From: Vicugna vicugna | Taxonomy: Eukaryota | Direction of reading: 5' to 3' | DNA: 64,000 nt | Assembly: GCA_013265495.1 (NCBI GenBank) | Contig: MU058636.1 | Location: forward strand, 9,955,066-10,019,065 | Shown: piece by piece, positions 60,580 to 64,000 of the stretch | Layout: every line of letters begins with the position of its first letter | How positions within the stretch are numbered: position 1 is the stretch's first letter | Translations under genes and position numbers: made by a program | Notes under the pieces: generated by a model | Told to the model about the DNA's origin: nothing | The model's database searches: none | The model's input: the letters and a program-made list of their open reading frames with translations, nothing else

Positions 60580-60825
60580 AGAGTAGCCAGTGTTTATTGA
60601 GCACCTACAATGTGCCAGGGCCTTGTTCTAAGCACACTCCCTGCATCATATCTGATCCTCACAAAACCTTGCATGGTAAGTAATATTATTAATCCCATTT
60701 AATAGGTGGGGAAACTGAGCCCCTGCGAGGCTGCGTAATTCACCTGGGCCACACGTCTAAGATAAGTCAGGACAGATGTTACGACCCAGAACCTGCTTCT
60801 AACCGCCGTGCTGTACCACTTCCCG
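60580..60825 (-). mobile_element. MIR, near full length
   Basis: gtttattgagcacctacaatgtgccagg...tctgatcctcacaaaacc...cccatttaataggtggggaaactgag. Confidence 0.9.
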
Positions 60826-63699
60826 TGGCATATAAATGAGCCCCTTAATAAGTATCTATTGATTAAAATATTGGCCAAAGGAGGGGTGATCCACAGGGCC
60901 GGAACTGGAGGGAGGGAAAGAAGTGTGAAAGCTGAAAAGCATCTTTGGATGTGGCAATTAAAAGGGTGTTGGTGGCCTTCATGAGTGTGGTGGGTGTCCC
61001 TTCTCTGTCCCCGGGAAGGCTGGGGCGCCCCTGAGGGGTCTCTGCTGGGCTGGGCTCTGCATCCTCTGTTTCTGGCAGGTGCCCGGCACCTGGTCTGCAC
61101 TCAGGAATGTCTGCCCAAAGCGGGTGGCCCCACGCCACAGCCCCTAGCACCCTCCCATGCATCCCACTGGCCCCATTAATGAACAGAGGACATACTGAGA
61201 GCTGAAGCTCCAGGAAGCGACTGAGAAAATGACGTTCTGGGCCCTATAGAGACATCGAAGAGAGGAGATGTGGAGACAGACACCCAAAGCTCTTGGTTCA
61301 TGACTTTGAACTGGGGCTGGGGAAGGGGAGGAGGGGGCTAGCTTTCATTGGCTCCGGCCACCACATCAAAAATAAGACAAACATGAGAACGGTGCACCAC
61401 ATGAAGGGAGAGAGTGCCAACCTCAGTGAGCCTCTTAACACTTGAGAAGCTCCTTGTAGAATTGAAGCCTCCGGAATGAAAAACAAGCACCGTTGTTCTT
61501 TATGGTCTCAATCACTTCAAAAGAGATTCACTCACAAGCCCCAAAAGATAAAGCTCAGCTTAGATGTGTACCCCACCCTACTTCCTTTTTGGCCTCTTCC
61601 ACTGCATTGTGGGAACCAGAACAGACAGAGCAGGGGGAGGGGGCTGGGGGCAGAGGGAACCCGAAGGAGGGAAGATCCTGGCCACTCTCTGTGCATCACT
61701 GCCGTTTGCAAAGTGCAGGACCTGATAAGCCAGGAGGTGGCTCCCTGCTTGACGTCTGTGTGGCCGGCCAGCTGGACCACTGGACTCAGCCACACCTGGC
61801 TCCAAGAGGCTGCGGGTTTCTGACTCAGATCTCAGTAGCAGTGACACCTATTACCCTAGAAAGAGATTTGATGTTAGGCCTAATGGATTTTCTGTGTTCC
61901 TTTCTGACCATGGAGAGACCTCCCAGGAAGACCAAATACAACTACAAGCAGGGTCACTCCCCTCACAGGGAAAACGTGACCCTAGCACACCCCCAGCTCC
62001 TGGCTGCAGAGAGCTAAGGGGAAGCAGCAGAGAGAAGGCAAGCCCAGCCGGGGGAGAGCAGGCTGGCACGCGCTCCCTGCGCTGGCACTAATGGAAGCAA
62101 GCCGTGTGGAAGCAGCACAAATCGAGAGAGCATTTCAGTCACTCACACTTGGCATTCAAGAGCATTTTGGTGCTTATACTCAGCTGTGGGTAGTGTTTGG
62201 TATTTCTGCAATTCGCAACACACAAGGCCACACTGGGGGAACCCGAGTCAGTGGGAGGTGGGGAGCCATCCAGCTTCTCATCCAACTCCTGCTTCATCAG
62301 TGCCCCCCACCCCGGGACCCCCTGCCGGGGGGTGATGGTCCAGACTCCCAGCTGATGAGGAGCTGCCCCGGGGCTTGCTTTGAGGGGAAGCCTTCACTGA
62401 GCCCGGAGGTCTCCTGCCTTCTATCAAGAGGGGACGGAGCATCAGGTGACTGGCTCAAAGGCCCTTCTTTCCTGGGAGCTGAGCCAGTACAGAGGAGACG
62501 TCATGGCTGAGGCCAGGAGAGGGGGAAGCCCATGAGATGCCCGAGGCCAAAAGCCTCCCTTGCTTTCCCTGTACGTTCTGCTCTGCCCAGAGTGGGCGGT
62601 GCAGCCGGGAGCCCGGAAGCGCTGTGGAGGCCAACGGATGACAAGGCTCTCGCTCCTGCGGTGGGCTTTTCCTCCATACGTGTGCTCAGGGTGCTGTGAG
62701 GACCGCGCTTCAAGCAGGAGGGAGGAAGGGTACACACGGAATTGAAATATAGGACACTTGCCGAGCATTTTGCCCACTTCTGGAAATTTCAGGATGGGTT
62801 GGGTGGGCGAAAGCAACATAATGAAATGCATGTGTTTGTTTGCGGACACAGGGGTAGGGAGATCAGAATGAAAAGTAAAAAGGGAAAAGAAAGAAAGTAG
62901 TACAGATTAGTTAACACAAACACATGACAGTACACCAGTCAGCTAAATGTATTCCCCAAGACGGTGGTTTCCCAGGACCAGCCCCGTCGTGGGGGCAGAG
63001 TGGGACAGACTGTCACTCATCCACAGTCACAAGTAGAAGGAAGAGGAAAGATGATGTCCATATACGTTTCAACTATAATAGAATTATACATGTTAGTTTA
63101 GCAAGGACAAGTGTCCTCTCCCAATAAAGACTGGTCAGCATGGCCTTTATTTTTGGAAACGATGGTGAGAAGAGAGGAGAACTGTCTTTAAACCAACTTA
63201 TGTGGCCAAAAGTTAAAAGCTGACAAATTCTACCTTGCAACTAATCCTAATTCTTATTATTTTTCCCACTTCCCCTATCTCTGAAATTGAAATGTCTAAG
63301 AACTGCTAACCTCAGTCATGGAAATGGTACACAATTTCTTTTAAATTTCAAGCCTCTTGGACTATTACAGATTTTTACCAAGTGCTTTCTTCTTTTGACC
63401 CTCAACACCATGGAGTTTGCAAGGAAAGCTGACATTTAGAAGGACAGACTGTTTGCTGGGAATCATAGCAGACTCCTCCTTGTAATTCGGGTCATTAAGC
63501 TCACACAACATCTTTGTGTGGTAGATATGATTTAACCCAAGGCTTTCAAAAGAGAAACAGAAGCTTTATAACCTGAGCAAAACCACACTGTGGTGAAGTC
63601 AGGATTGAAATCGAGGCCCCTCTCACTCGGAAGCCCACAGTGTTTCCTATCCCGTGTCCTCTGTCATTATTGACAGGTATAGGCTGCTGGACCTGAAAA

Positions 63700-63850
63700 G
63701 GGCCCTGGACGTCATCTCCTGTAGCCCCTAATTTCACAGAGAAGAGCCAGATATGCCGAGGTTAGGTGACTTGGCCAAGGCCTGCGTGGTGAACGTGGTG
63801 ATACAGCTGGACTGCATCTCAAGGGCTCAACTCCTGGCCCTGAGCTCTCT
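63700..63850 (-). mobile_element. MIR fragment
   Basis: cccctaatttcacagagaagagccaga...gaggttaggtgacttggccaaggcc. Confidence 0.65.
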
Positions 63851-64000
63851 TTGCAGCCCCCATGCTTTCTCGAGCACCCCTGCACCCTCTTTCCTGTGCC
63901 CAGGTCCTAGCCACTGTGGGGCGGTGGGGGGAGACAGCCACCCTCAGCACCACCCACATGCAGCATGAGAACCCTAGAGCCTGCCAGCTGGAGATGCGAG

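Noticed and set aside
1-64000. CRISPR arrays, operons, rRNA, snRNA or snoRNA genes
   Set aside because: Mammalian repeat-rich DNA; no regularly spaced repeat-spacer array and no recognisable structural RNA gene seen.

Overview
Mammalian non-coding DNA, very probably from a camelid (alpaca, llama or camel), judged from three tRNA-derived SINE copies with the camelid Vic-1-type layout and from young cetartiodactyl-type L1 3' ends. I can support no protein-coding gene: the only ORF with a recognisable product is a broken LINE-1 ORF2 C-terminus near 26.3 kb. The window looks like a large intron or an intergenic regulatory region. It is rich in ancient eutherian repeats (many MIR, L2, MER5, MER2, MER20, MER53, MLT1 and LTR33-like solo LTRs, old L1M fragments) and has three assembly gaps. 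Several repeat-free AT-rich blocks carry homeodomain, TCF, CUX/ONECUT or YY1 motifs and may be enhancers. The most unusual structure is a near-perfect 28-bp hairpin at 18043-18112 whose loop is also complementary to the upstream flank, so it has two mutually exclusive folds. There is also a set of plus-strand candidate exons with good splice sites (36, 163, 90 and 150 nt) that match no protein I recognise. Repeat family names come from remembered consensus sequences and repeat boundaries are approximate unless a TSD is quoted. No database search was run, and I found no solid evidence of a new biological system.
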